The notes beneath the pieces were generated by a model. The model saw only the letters and a list, made by a program, of their open reading frames with translations. It made no database searches and was not told the DNA's origin. A stretch of 64,000 nucleotides of DNA from Camelus dromedarius (lineage: Eukaryota), in contig NC_087436.1 of the NCBI RefSeq assembly GCF_036321535.1, positions 1,736,001 to 1,800,000 on the forward strand, written 5' to 3'. Position numbers and translations under genes: made by a program. This document shows, in pieces, positions 1 through 12,400 of this stretch. The first letter of the stretch is position 1; each line of letters opens with the position of its first letter.

Positions 1-249
1 AGAAACTTTGCGTATCAAACATGCTATATGAAGGACGGCTTTAACACACACTTATCTCTCAGAACTGAGCATGTGGAGAGACGATCGTTCATCTAGCACA
101 ATAAGAACGGGTTTCAGGAGAAAATTTTACTCTGGATTCTCACTCTGTTTCCTAGTGCCGGTTTGAAGTTCCTGCAGATTTCACTGTAAAAGCGAGTTGG
201 AGTTTGTACCTACCCATATATATGTATGGATTAGAGTTTGCAACTGAAA

Positions 250-498
250 AGAATCTTTGTGTTCCCAACAAGCTTGGTGAAGGACGGCTTTCACACACAC
301 TTATCTCTCAGAACTGAGCATGTGGAGAGACGTTCGTTCATCTAGCACAAAGGGAACGTGTTGCAGGAGAAACTTTTACTCTGGTTTCTCAGTCTGTTTC
401 CTACTGCCAGTTCGAAGTTCCTGCAGTTTTCTTTGTGAAACCGAATTGGAGCTAGTACCTCCCCATATATATGTATGGAGTGGAGTTTGCAACTGAAA
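250..498. repeat. Representative single 249 bp monomer (phase arbitrary)
   Basis: Bounded by AGAATCTTTG at 250 and the next at 499. Contains the (CA)n and (TA)n tracts and the PstI site CTGCAG found in most monomers. Confidence 0.97.
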
Positions 499-3400
499 AG
501 AATCTTTGTGTTCAGTACAAGCTAGGTGAAGGACGGCTTTCACACACACTTATCTCTCAGAACTGAGCATGTGAAGAGACGTTCGTTCATCTAGCACAAG
601 GGGAATGGGTTGCAGGAGAAAGTTTTACTCTGGTTTCTCAGTCTGTTTCCTAGTGCCGGTTTGAATTTCCTGCAGTTTTCACTCTAAAACAGAGTTGGAG
701 TTTGTACCACCCCATATATAAGTATGGAGTGAAGTTTGCAACTGAAAAAAATCTTTGTGTTCAGTACAAGCTAGGTGAAGGACGGCTTTCACACACACTT
801 ATCTCTCAGAACTCAGCATGTGGAGAGACGTTCGTTCATCTAGCACAATAGGAACGGGTTTCAGGAGAAAATTTTACTCTGGATTCTCAGTCTGTTTCCT
901 AGTGCCGGTTTGATGTTCCTGCAGATTTCATTGTAAAAGCGAGTTGGATTTTGTTCCTACCCATATATATGTATGGATTGGAGTTTGCAACTGAAAAGAA
1001 TCTTTGTGTTCCCAACAAGTTAGGTGAAGGGCGGCTTTCACACACACTTATCTCTCAGAACTGAGCATGTGGAGAGACGTTCGTTCATCTAGCACAAAGG
1101 GAACGGGTTGCAGGAGAAACTTTTACTCTGGTTTCTCAGTCTGTTTCCTACTGCCAGTTCGAAGTTCCTGCAGTTTTCTCTGTGAAACCGAATTGGAGCT
1201 AGTACCTCCCCATATATATGTATGGAGTGGAGTTTGCAAATGAAAACAAACTTTGTGTTCAGAACAAGCTAGGTGAAGGACGGCTTTCACACACATTTAT
1301 CTCTGAGAACTGAGCATGTTGAGAGACTTTCGTTCATCTAGCACAAAGGGAAAGGTTTGCAGGTGAAACTTTTTCTCTGTTTTCTCAGTCTGTTTCCTAG
1401 TGCCGGTTTGAAGTTCTAGCAGTTTTCACTGTAAAACAGATTTGGTGTTAGTACCACCCCATATATATGTATGGAGTGGAGTTTGCAAATGAAAAGAAAC
1501 TTTGCGTTCCCAACAAGCTAGGTGAAGGACGGCTTTCACACACAATTATATCTCAGAACTGAGCATGTGGAGAGACGTTCGTTCATCTAGCACAAAGGGA
1601 ACGGTTTGAAGGAGAAAATTTACTCTCGTTTCTCAGTCTGTTTCCTACTGCCGGTTTGAATTTCCTGCAGTTTTCACTGTAAAACAGAGTTTTAGCTAGT
1701 ATCTCCCCATATATATGTATAGAGTGGAGTTTGCAACTGAAAAGACACTTTGTGCTCCCAACAAGCTAAGTGAAGTACGGCTTTCACACACACTTATCTC
1801 TCAGAACTGAGCATGTGGAGAGACGTTCGTTCATCTAGCCCAAAGGGAACGGGTTGCAGGTGAAATTTTACTCTGGTTTTTAGTCTGTTTCCTACTACCG
1901 GTTGGATGTTCCTGCAGTTTTCACTTTATATCCGAGTTGGAGCTAGTACCTCCCCATATATATGTATGGGGTGGAGTTGGCAACTGAAAATAAACATTGT
2001 GTTCCCAACAAGCTAGGTGAAGTACGGCCTTCACACACACTTATCTCTCAGAACTGAGCATGTGGAGAGAAGTTCGTTCATCTAGCACAAAGGGAACGGG
2101 TTGCAGGAGAAACTTTTACTCTGGTTTCTCAGTCTGTTTCCTACTGCCGGTTTGAAGTTCCTGCAGTTTTCACTGTAAACACGAGTTGGAGCTAGTACCA
2201 CACCATATATATATATGGATAGCAGTTTGCAACTGAAAAGAAACTTTGTGTTCCCAACAAGCTAGTTGAAGGACGGCTTTCACACACACTTATCTCTCAG
2301 AACTGAGCATGTGAAGAGACTTTCGTTCATCTAGCACAAAGGGAATGTGTTGCAGGATAAACTTTTACTCTGGTTTCTCAGTCTGTTTCCAAGTGCCGGT
2401 TTGAATTTCCTGCAGTTTTCACTCTAAAACAGAGTTGGAGCTAGTACCTCCCCATATATAAGTATGGAGTGGAGTTTGCAATTGAAAAGAAACTTTGTGT
2501 TCAGTACAAGCTAGGTGAAGGACGGCTTTCACACACACTTATCTCTCAGAACTGAGCATGTGGAGAGACGTTCGTTCATCTAGCTCAAATGGAATGGGTT
2601 GCAGGAGAAACTATTTCTCTAGGATCTCAGTCTGTTTCCTAGTGCCGGTTTGATGTTCCTGCAGTTTTCACTTTAAAACAGAGTTGGAGCTATTACCTCC
2701 CCATATATATGTATGGAGTGGAGTTTGCAACTGAAAAGAAACTATGTTTTCAGAACAAGCTAGGTGAAGGACGGCTTTCAGACACATTTATCTCTGAGAA
2801 CTGAGCATGTTGAGAGACTTTCGTTCATCTAGCACAAAGGGAAAGGGTTGCAGGTGAAACTTTTTCTCTGTTTTCTCAGTCTGTTTCCTAGTGCCGGTTT
2901 GAAGTTCAAGCAGTTTTCACTGTAAAACCGAGTTGGTGCTAGTACCACCCCATATACATGTATGGAGTGGAGTTTGCAACTGAAAAGAAACTTTGCGTTT
3001 CAAACATGCTATATGAAGGACGGCTTTAACACACACTTATCTCTCAGAACTGAGCATGTGGAGAGACGTTCGTTCATCTAGCACAAAGGGAACGGTATAC
3101 AGGAGAAACTTTTACTCTGGTTTCTCAGTCTGTTTCCTACGGCCAGTTCGAAGTTCCTGCAGTTTTCTCTGTGAAACCGAACTGGAGCTAGTACCTCCCC
3201 ATATATATGTATGGATTGGAGTTTGCAACTGAAAAGAAACTTTGTGTTCCCAACAATCTAGGTTAAGGACGGCTTACACACACAATTATCTCTCAGAACT
3301 GAGCATGTGGAGAGACGTTCGTTCATCTAGCACAAAGGGAACAGGTTGCAGGAGAAACTTTTACTCTGGTTTCTCAGTCTGTTTCCTAGTGCAGATTTGA

Positions 3401-6400
3401 ATTTCCAGCAGTTTTCACTGTAAAATCGAGTTGGATCTTGTACCTCCCCATATATATGTATGGAGTGGAGTTTGCAACTGAAAAGAACCTTTGTTTTCCC
3501 AACAAGCTAGTTGAAGCACGGCTTTCACACACATTTATCTATCAGAACTGAGCATGTGGAGTGACGTTCGTTCATCTAGCACAAAGGGAACGGTTTGCAG
3601 GAGAAACTTTTACTCTGGTTTCTCAGTCTGTTTCCTAATGCCGGTTTGAATTTCCTGCAGTTTTCACTGTAAACACGAGTTGGAGCTATTACCACACCAT
3701 ATATATATATGGATAGCAGTTTGCAACTGAAAAGAAACTTTGTGTTCCCAACAAGCTAGGTGAAGGACGGCTTTCACACACACTTATCTCTCAGAACTGA
3801 GCATGTGAAGAGACGTTCGTTCATCTAGCACAAGGGGAATGGGTTGCAGGAGAAAGTTTTACTCTGGTTTCTCAGTCTGTTTCCTAGTGCCGGTTTGAAT
3901 TTCCTGCAGTTTTCACTCTAAAACAGAGTTGGAGTTAGTACCACCCCATATATAAGTAAGGAGTGAAGTTTGCAACTGAAAAAAATCTTTGTGTTCAGTA
4001 CAAGCTAGGTGAAGGACGGCTTTCACACACACTTATCTCTCAGAACTCAGCATGTGGAGAGACGTTCGTTCATCTAGCACAATAGGAACGGGTTTCAGGA
4101 GAAAATTTTACTCTGGATTCTCAGTCTGTTTCCTAGTGCCGGTTTGATGTTCCTGCAGATTTCATTGTAAAAGCGAGTTGGATTTTGTTCCTACCCATAT
4201 ATATGTATGGATTGGAGTTTGCAACTGAAAAGAATCTTTGTGTTCCCAACAAGTTAGGTGAAGGACGGCTTTCACACACACTTATCTCTCAGAACTGAGC
4301 ATGTGGAGAGACGTTCGTTCATCTAGCACAAAGGGAACGGGTTGCAGGAGAAACTTTTACTCTGGTTTCTCAGTCTGTTTCCTACTGCCAGTTCGAAGTT
4401 CCTGCAGTTTTCTCTGTGAAACCGAATTGGAGCTAGTACCTCCCCATATATATGTATGGAGTGGAGTTTGCAAATGAAAACAAACTTTGTGTTCAGAACA
4501 AGCTAGGTGAAGGACGGCTTTCACACACATTTATCTCTGAGAACTGAGCATGTTGAGAGACTTTCGTTCATCTAGCACAAAGGGAAAGGTTTGCAGGTGA
4601 AACTTTTTCTCTGTTTTCTCAGTCTGTTTCCTAGTGCCGGTTTGAAGTTCTAGCAGTTTTCACTGTAAAACAGATTTGGTGTTAGTACCACCCCATATAT
4701 ATGTATGGAGTGGAGTTTGCAAATGAAAAGAAACTTTGCGTTCCCAACAAGCTAGGTGAAGGACGGCTTTCACACACAATTATATCTCAGAACTGAGCAT
4801 GTGGAGAGACGTTCGTTCATCTAGCACAAAGGGAACGGTTTGAAGGAGAAAATTTACTCTCGTTTCTCAGTCTGTTTCCTACTGCCGGTTTGAATTTCCT
4901 GCAGTTTTCACTGTAAAACAGAGTTTTAGCTAGTATCTCCCCATATATATGTATAGAGTGGAGTTTGCAACTGAAAAGACACTTTGTGCTCCCAACAAGC
5001 TAAGTGAAGTACGGCTTTCACACACACTTATCTCTCAGAACTGAGCATGTGGAGAGACGTTCGTTCATCTAGCCCAAAGGGAACGGGTTGCAGGTGAAAT
5101 TTTACTCTGGTTTTTAGTCTGTTTCCTACTACCGGTTGTATGTTCCTGCAGTTTTCACTTTATATCCGAGTTGGAGCTAGTACCTCCCCATATATATGTA
5201 TGGGGTGGAGTTGGCAACTGAAAATAAACATTGTGTTCCCAACAAGCTAGGTGAAGTACGGCCTTCACACACACTTATCTCTCAGAACTGAGCATGTGGA
5301 GAGAAGTTCGTTCATCTAGCACAAAGGGAACGGGTTGCAGGAGAAACTTTTACTCTGGTTTCTCAGTCTGTTTCCTAGCGCCGATTTGAAGTTCCAGCAG
5401 TTTTCACTGTAAAACAGAGTTGGTGCTAGTACCTCCCAATATATATGTATGGAGTGGAGATTGCAACTGAAAAGAAACTTTGTGTTCCCAACAAGCTAGT
5501 TGAAGGACGGCTTTCACACACACTTATCTCTCAGAACTGAGCATGTGGAGTGACGTTCGTTCATCTAGCACAAAGGGAACGGTTTGCAGGAGAAACTTTT
5601 ACTCTGGTTTCTCAGTCTGTTTCCTACTGCCAGTTCGAAGTTCCTGCAGTTTTCTCTGTGAAACGGAATTGGAGCTAGTACCTCCCCATATATATGTATG
5701 GAGTGGAGTTTGCAACTGAAAATAAACTTTGTGTTCCCAACAATCTAGGTTAAGGACGGCTTACACACAGAATTATCTCTCAGAACTGAGCATTTGGAGA
5801 GACGTTCGTTCATCTAGCACAAAGGGAACGGGTTGCAGGAGAAACTTTTACTCTGGTTTCACAGTCTGTTTCCTAGTGCCGATTTGAAGTTCCAGCAGTT
5901 TTCACTGTAAAACCGAGTTGGTGCTAGTACCTACCCATATATATGTATGGAGTGGAGTTTGCAACTGAAAAGAAACTTTGTGTTCCCAACAAGCTAGTTG
6001 AAGGACGGCTTTCACACACACTTATCTCTCAGAACTGAGCATGTGGAGTGACGTTCGTTCATCTAGCACAAAGGGAACGGTTTGCAGGAGAAACTTTTAC
6101 TCTGGTTTCTCAGTCTGTTTCCTACTGCCGGTTTGAAGTTCCTGCAGTTTTCACTGTAAACACGAGTTGGAGCTAGTACCACACCATATATATATATGGA
6201 TAGCAGTTTGCAACTGAAAAGAAACTTTGTGTTCCCAACAAGCTAGGTGAAGGACGGCTTTCACACACACATATCTCTCAGAACTGAGCATGTGAAGAGA
6301 CTTTCGTTCATCTAGCACAAAGGGAATGTGTTGCAGGATAAACTTTTACTCTGGTTTCTCAGTCTGTTTCCAAGTGCCGGTTTGAATTTCCTGCAGTTTT

Positions 6401-9400
6401 CACTCTAAAACAGAGTTGGAGCTAGTACCTCCCCATATATAAGTATGGAGTGGAGTTTGCAATTGAAAAGAAACTTTGTGTTCAGTACAAGCTAGGTGAA
6501 GGACGGCTTTCACACACACTTATCTCTCAGAACTGAGCATGTGGAGAGACGTTCGTTCATCTAGCTCAAATGGAATGGGTTGCAGGAGAAACTATTTCTC
6601 TAGGATCTCAGTCTGTTTCCTAGTGCCGGTTTGATGTTCCTGCAGTTTTCACTTTAAAACAGAGTTGGAGCTATTACCTCCCCATATATATGTATGGAGT
6701 GGAGTTTGCAACTGAAAAGAAACTATGTTTTCAGAACAAGCTAGGTGAAGGACGGCTTTCAGACACATTTATCTCTGAGAACTGAGCATGTTGAGAGACT
6801 TTCGTTCATCTAGCACAAAGGGAAAGGGTTGCAGGTGAAACTTTTTCTCTGTTTTCTCAGTCTGTTTCCTAGTGCCGGTTTGAAGTTCAAGCAGTTTTCA
6901 CTGTAAAACCGAGTTGGTGCTAGTACCACCCCATATACATGTATGGAGTGGAGTTTGCAACTGAAAAGAAACTTTGCGTTTCAAACATGCTATATGAAGG
7001 ACGGCTTTAACACACACTTATCTCTCAGAACTGAGCATGTGGAGAGACGTTCGTTCATCTAGCACAAAGGGAACGGTATACAGGAGAAACTTTTACTCTG
7101 GTTTCTCAGTCTGTTTCCTACGGCCAGTTCGAAGTTCCTGCAGTTTTCTCTGTGAAACCGAACTGGAGCTAGTACCTCCCCATATATATGTATGGATTGG
7201 AGTTTGCAACTGAAAAGAAACTTTGTGTTCCCAACAATCTAGGTTAAGGACGGCTTACACACACAATTATCTCTCAGAACTGAGCATGTGGAGAGACGTT
7301 CGTTCATCTAGCACAAAGGGAACAGGTTGCAGGAGAAACTTTTACTCTGGTTTCTCAGTCTGTTTCCTAGTGCAGATTTGAATTTCCAGCAGTTTTCACT
7401 GTAAAATCGAGTTGGATCTTGTACCTCCCCATATATATGTATGGAGTGGAGTTTGCAACTGAAAAGAACCTTTGTTTTCCCAACAAGCTAGTTGAAGCAC
7501 GGCTTTCACACACATTTATCTATCAGAACTGAGCATGTGGAGTGACGTTCGTTCATCTAGCACAAAGGGAACGGTTTGCAGGAGAAACTTTTACTCTGGT
7601 TTCTCAGTCTGTTTCCTAATGCCGGTTTGAATTTCCTGCAGTTTTCACTCTAAAACAGAGTTGGAGTTAGTACCTCCCCATATATAAGTATGGAGTGGAG
7701 TTTGCAACTGAAAAGAATCTTTGTGTTCAGTACAAGCTAGGTGAAGGACGGCTTTCACACACACTTATCTCTCAGAACTCAGCATGTGGAGAGACGTTCG
7801 TTCATCTAGCACAATAGGAACGGGTTTCAGGAGAAAATTTTACTCTGGATTCTCAGTCTGTTTCCTAGTGCCGGTTTGATGTTCCTGCAGATTTCATTGT
7901 AAAAGCGAGTTGGATTTTGTTCCTACCCATATATATGTATGGATTGGAGTTTGCAACTGAAAAGAATCTTTGTGTTCCCAACAAGTTAGGTGAAGGACGG
8001 CTTTCACACACACTTATCTCTCAGAACTGAGCATGTGGAGAGACGTTCGTTCATCTAGCACAAAGGGAACGGGTTGCAGGAGAAACTTTTACTCTGGTTT
8101 CTCAGTCTGTTTCCTACTGCCAGTTCGAAGTTCCTGCAGTTTTCTCTGTGAAACCGAATTGGAGCTAGTACCTCCCCATATATATGTATGGAGTGGAGTT
8201 TGCAAATGAAAACAAACTTTGTGTTCAGAACAAGCTAGGTGAAGGACGGCTTTCACACACATTTATCTCTGAGAACTGAGCATGTTGAGAGACTTTCGTT
8301 CATCTAGCACAAAGGGAAAGGTTTGCAGGTGAAACTTTTTCTCTGTTTTCTCAGTCTGTTTCCTAGTGCCGGTTTGAAGTTCTAGCAGTTTTCACTGTAA
8401 AACAGATTTGGTGTTAGTACCACCCCATATATATGTATGGAGTGGAGTTTGCAAATGAAAAGAAACTTTGCGTTCCCAACAAGCTAGGTGAAGGACGGCT
8501 TTCACACACAATTATATCTCAGAACTGAGCATGTGGAGAGACGTTCGTTCATCTAGCACAAAGGGAACGGTTTGAAGGAGAAAATTTACTCTCGTTTCTC
8601 AGTCTGTTTCCTACTGCCGGTTTGAATTTCCTGCAGTTTTCACTGTAAAACAGAGTTTTAGCTAGTATCTCCCCATATATATGTATAGAGTGGAGTTTGC
8701 AACTGAAAAGACACTTTGTGCTCCCAACAAGCTAAGTGAAGTACGGCTTTCACACACACTTATCTCTCAGATCTGAGCATGTGGAGAGACGTTCGTTCAT
8801 CTAGCCCAAAGGGAACGGGTTGCAGGTGAAATTTTACTCTGGTTTTTAGTCTGTTTCCTACTACCGGTTGGAAGTTCCTGCAGTTTTCACTTTATATCCG
8901 AGTTGGAGCTAGTACCTCCCCATATATATGTATGGGGTGGAGTTGGCAACTGAAAATAAACATTGTGTTCCCAACAAGCTAGGTGAAGTACGGCCTTCAC
9001 ACACACTTATCTCTCAGAACTGAGCATGTGGAGAGAAGTTCGTTCATCTAGCACAAAGGGAACGGGTTGCAGGAGAAACTTTTACCCTGGTTTTTCAGTC
9101 TGTTTCCTAGCGCCGATTTTAAGTTCCAGCAGTTTTCACTGTAAAACCGAGTTGGTGCTAGTACCTCCCAATATATATGTATGGAGTGGAGATTGCAACT
9201 GAAAAGAAACTTTGTGTTCCCAACAAGCTAGTTGAAGGACGGCTTTCACACACACTTATCTCTCAGAACTGAGCATGTGGAGTGACGTTCGTTCATCTAG
9301 CACAAAGGGAACGGTTTGCAGGAGAAACATTTACTCTGGTTTCTCAGTCTGTTTCCTACTGCCAGTTCGAAGTTCCTGCAGTTTTCTCTGTGAAACGGAA

Positions 9401-12400
9401 TTGGAGCTAGTACCTCCCCATATATATGTATGGAGTGGAGTTTGCAACTGAAAATAAACTTTGTGTTCCCAACAATCTAGGTTAAGGACGGCTTACACAC
9501 ACAATTATCTCTCAGAACTGAGCATTTGGAGAGACGTTCGTTCATCTAGCACAAAGGGAACGGGTTGCAGGAGAAACTTTTACTCTGGTTTCACAGTCTG
9601 TTTCCTAGTGCCGATTTGAAGTTCCAGCAGTTTTCACTGTAAAACCGAGTTGGTGCTAGTACCTCCCCATATATATATGTATGGAGTGGAGTTTGCAACT
9701 GAAAAGAAACTTTGTGTTCCCAACAAGCTAGTTGAAGGACGGCTTTCACACACACTTATCTCTCAGAACTGAGCATGTGGAGTGACGTTCGTTCATCTAG
9801 CACAAATGGAACGGTTTGCAGGAGAAACTTTTACTCTGGTTTCTCAGTCTGTTTCCTACTGCCGGTTTGAAGTTCCTGCAGTTTTCACTGTAAACACGAG
9901 TTGGAGCTAGTACCACACCATATATATATATGGATAGCAGTTTGCAACTGAAAAGAAACTTTGTGTTCCCAACAAGCTAGGTGAAGGACGGCTTTCACAC
10001 ACACTTATCTCTCAGAACTGAGCATGTGAAGAGACTTTCGTTCATCTAGCACAAAGGGAATGTGTTGCAGGATAAACTTTTACTCTGGTTTCTCAGTCTG
10101 TTTCCAAGTGCCGGTTTGAATTTCCTGCAGTTTTCACTCTAAAACAGAGTTGGAGCTAGTACCTCCCCATATATAAGTATGGAGTGGAGTTTGCAATTGA
10201 AAAGAAACTTTGTGTTCAGTACAAGCTAGGTGAAGGACGGCTTTCACACACACTTATCTCTCAGAACTGAGCATGTGGAGAGACGTTCGTTCATCTAGCT
10301 CAAATGGAATGGGTTGCAGGAGAAACTATTTCTCTAGGATCTCAGTCTGTTTCCTAGTGCCGGTTTGATGTTCCTGCAGTTTTCACTTTAAAACAGAGTT
10401 GGAGCTATTACCTCCCCATATATATGTATGGAGTGGAGTTTGCAACTGAAAAGAAACTATGTTTTCAGAACAAGCTAGGTGAAGGACGGCTTTCACACAC
10501 ATTTATCTCTGAGAACTGAGCATGTTGAGAGACTTTCGTTCATCTAGCAAAAATGGAAAGGGTTGCAGGTGAAACTTTTTCTCTGTTTTCTCAGTCTGTT
10601 TCCTAGTGCCGGTTTGAAGTTCTAGCAGTTTTCACTGTAAAACCGAGTTGGTGCTAGTACCACCCCATATACATGTATGGAGTGGAGTTAGCAACTGAAA
10701 AGAAACTTTGCGTTTCAAACATGCTATATGAAGGACGGCTTTAACACACACTTATCTCTCAGAACTGAGCATGTGGAGAGACGTTCGTTCATCTAGCACA
10801 AAGGGAACGGTATACAGGAGAAACTTTTACTCTGGTTTCTCAGTCTGTTTCCTACTGCCAGTTCGAAGTTCCTGCAGTTTTCTCTGTGAAACCGAACTGG
10901 AGCTAGTACCTCCCCATATATATGTATGGATTGAAGTTTGCAACTGAAAAGAAACTTTGTGTTCCCAACAATCTAGGTTAAGGATGGCTTACACACACAA
11001 TTATCTCTCAGAACTGAGCATGTGGAGAGACGTTCGTTCATCTAGCACAAAGGGAACAGGTTGCAGGAGAAACTTTTACTCTGGTTTCTCAGTCTGTTTC
11101 CTAGTGCAGATTTGAATTTCCAGCAGTTTTCACTGTAAAATCGAGTTGGTTCTAGTACCTCCCCATATATATGTATGGAGTGGAGTTTGCAACTGAAAAG
11201 AACCTTTGTTTTCCCAACAAGCTAGTTGAAGCACGGCTTTCACACACATTTATCTCTCAGAACTGAGCATGTGGAGTGACGTTCGTTCATCTAGCACAAA
11301 GGGAACGGTTTGCAGGAGAAACTTTTACTCTGGTTTCTCAGTCTGTTTCCTAATGCCGGTTTGAATTTCCTGCAGTTTTCACTGTAAACACGAGTTGGAG
11401 CTAGTACCACACCATATATATATATGGATAGCAGTTTGCAACTGAAAAGAAACTTTGTGTTCCCAACAAGCTAGGTGAAGGACGGCTTTCTCACACACTT
11501 ATCTCTCAGAACTGAGCATGTGAAGAGACGTTCGTTCATCTAGCACAAGGGGAATGGGTTGCAGGAGAAAGTTTTACTCTGGTTTCTCAGTCTGTTTCCT
11601 AGTGCCGGTTTGAATTTCCTGCAGTTTTCACTCTAAAACAGAGTTGGAGTTAGTACCTCCCCATATATAAGTATGGAGTGGAGTTTGCAACTGAAAAGAA
11701 TCTTTGTGTTCAGTACAAGCTAGGTGAAGGACGGCTTTCACACACACTTATCTCTCAGAACTCAGCATGTGGAGAGACGTTCGTTCATCTAGCACAATAG
11801 GAACGGGTTTCAGGAGAAAATTTTACTCTGGATTCTCAGTCTGTTTCCTAGTGCCGGTTTGATGTTCCTGCAGATTTCATTGTAAAAGCGAGTTGGATTT
11901 TGTTCCTACCCATATATATGTATGGATTGGAGTTTGCAACTGAAAAGAATCTTTGTGTTCCCAACAAGTTAGGTGAAGGACGGCTTTCACACACACTTAT
12001 CTCTCAGAACTGAGCATGTGGAGAGACGTTCGTTCATCTAGCACAAAGGGAACGGGTTGCAGGAGAAACTTTTACTCTGGTTTCTCAGTCTGTTTCCTAC
12101 TGCCAGTTCGAAGTTCCTGCAGTTTTCTCTGTGAAACCGAATTGGAGCTAGTACCTCCCCATATATATGTATGGAGTGGAGATTGCAAATGAAAACAAAC
12201 TTTGTGTTCAGAACAAGCTAGGTGAAGGACGGCTTTCACACACATTTATCTCTGAGAACTGAGCATGTTGAGAGACTTTCGTTCATCTAGCACAAAGGGA
12301 AAGGTTTGCAGGTGAAACTTTTTCTCTGTTTTCTCAGTCTGTTTCCTAGTGCCGGTTTGAAGTTCTAGCAGTTTTCACTGTAAAACAGATTTGGTGTTAG

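Noticed and set aside
1..249. Faint resemblance to primate alpha satellite (TCTCAGAA..., AGAAACTTT)
   Set aside because: Only short words match, the unit is 249 bp rather than ~171 bp, and I could not build a convincing collinear alignment by eye.
330..362. CENP-B box, suggested by TTCG followed later by CGGG in the consensus
   Set aside because: The motif needs TTCG-N4-A-N2-CGGG. Here TTCG and CGGG are about 20 bp apart and the spacing does not fit on either strand of the consensus.
464..474. TATA-like tract as a promoter, and (TA)n/(CA)n tracts as separate microsatellites
   Set aside because: These are short integral parts of every monomer with occasional slippage (e.g. ~31537-31551). Nothing downstream supports promoter function.
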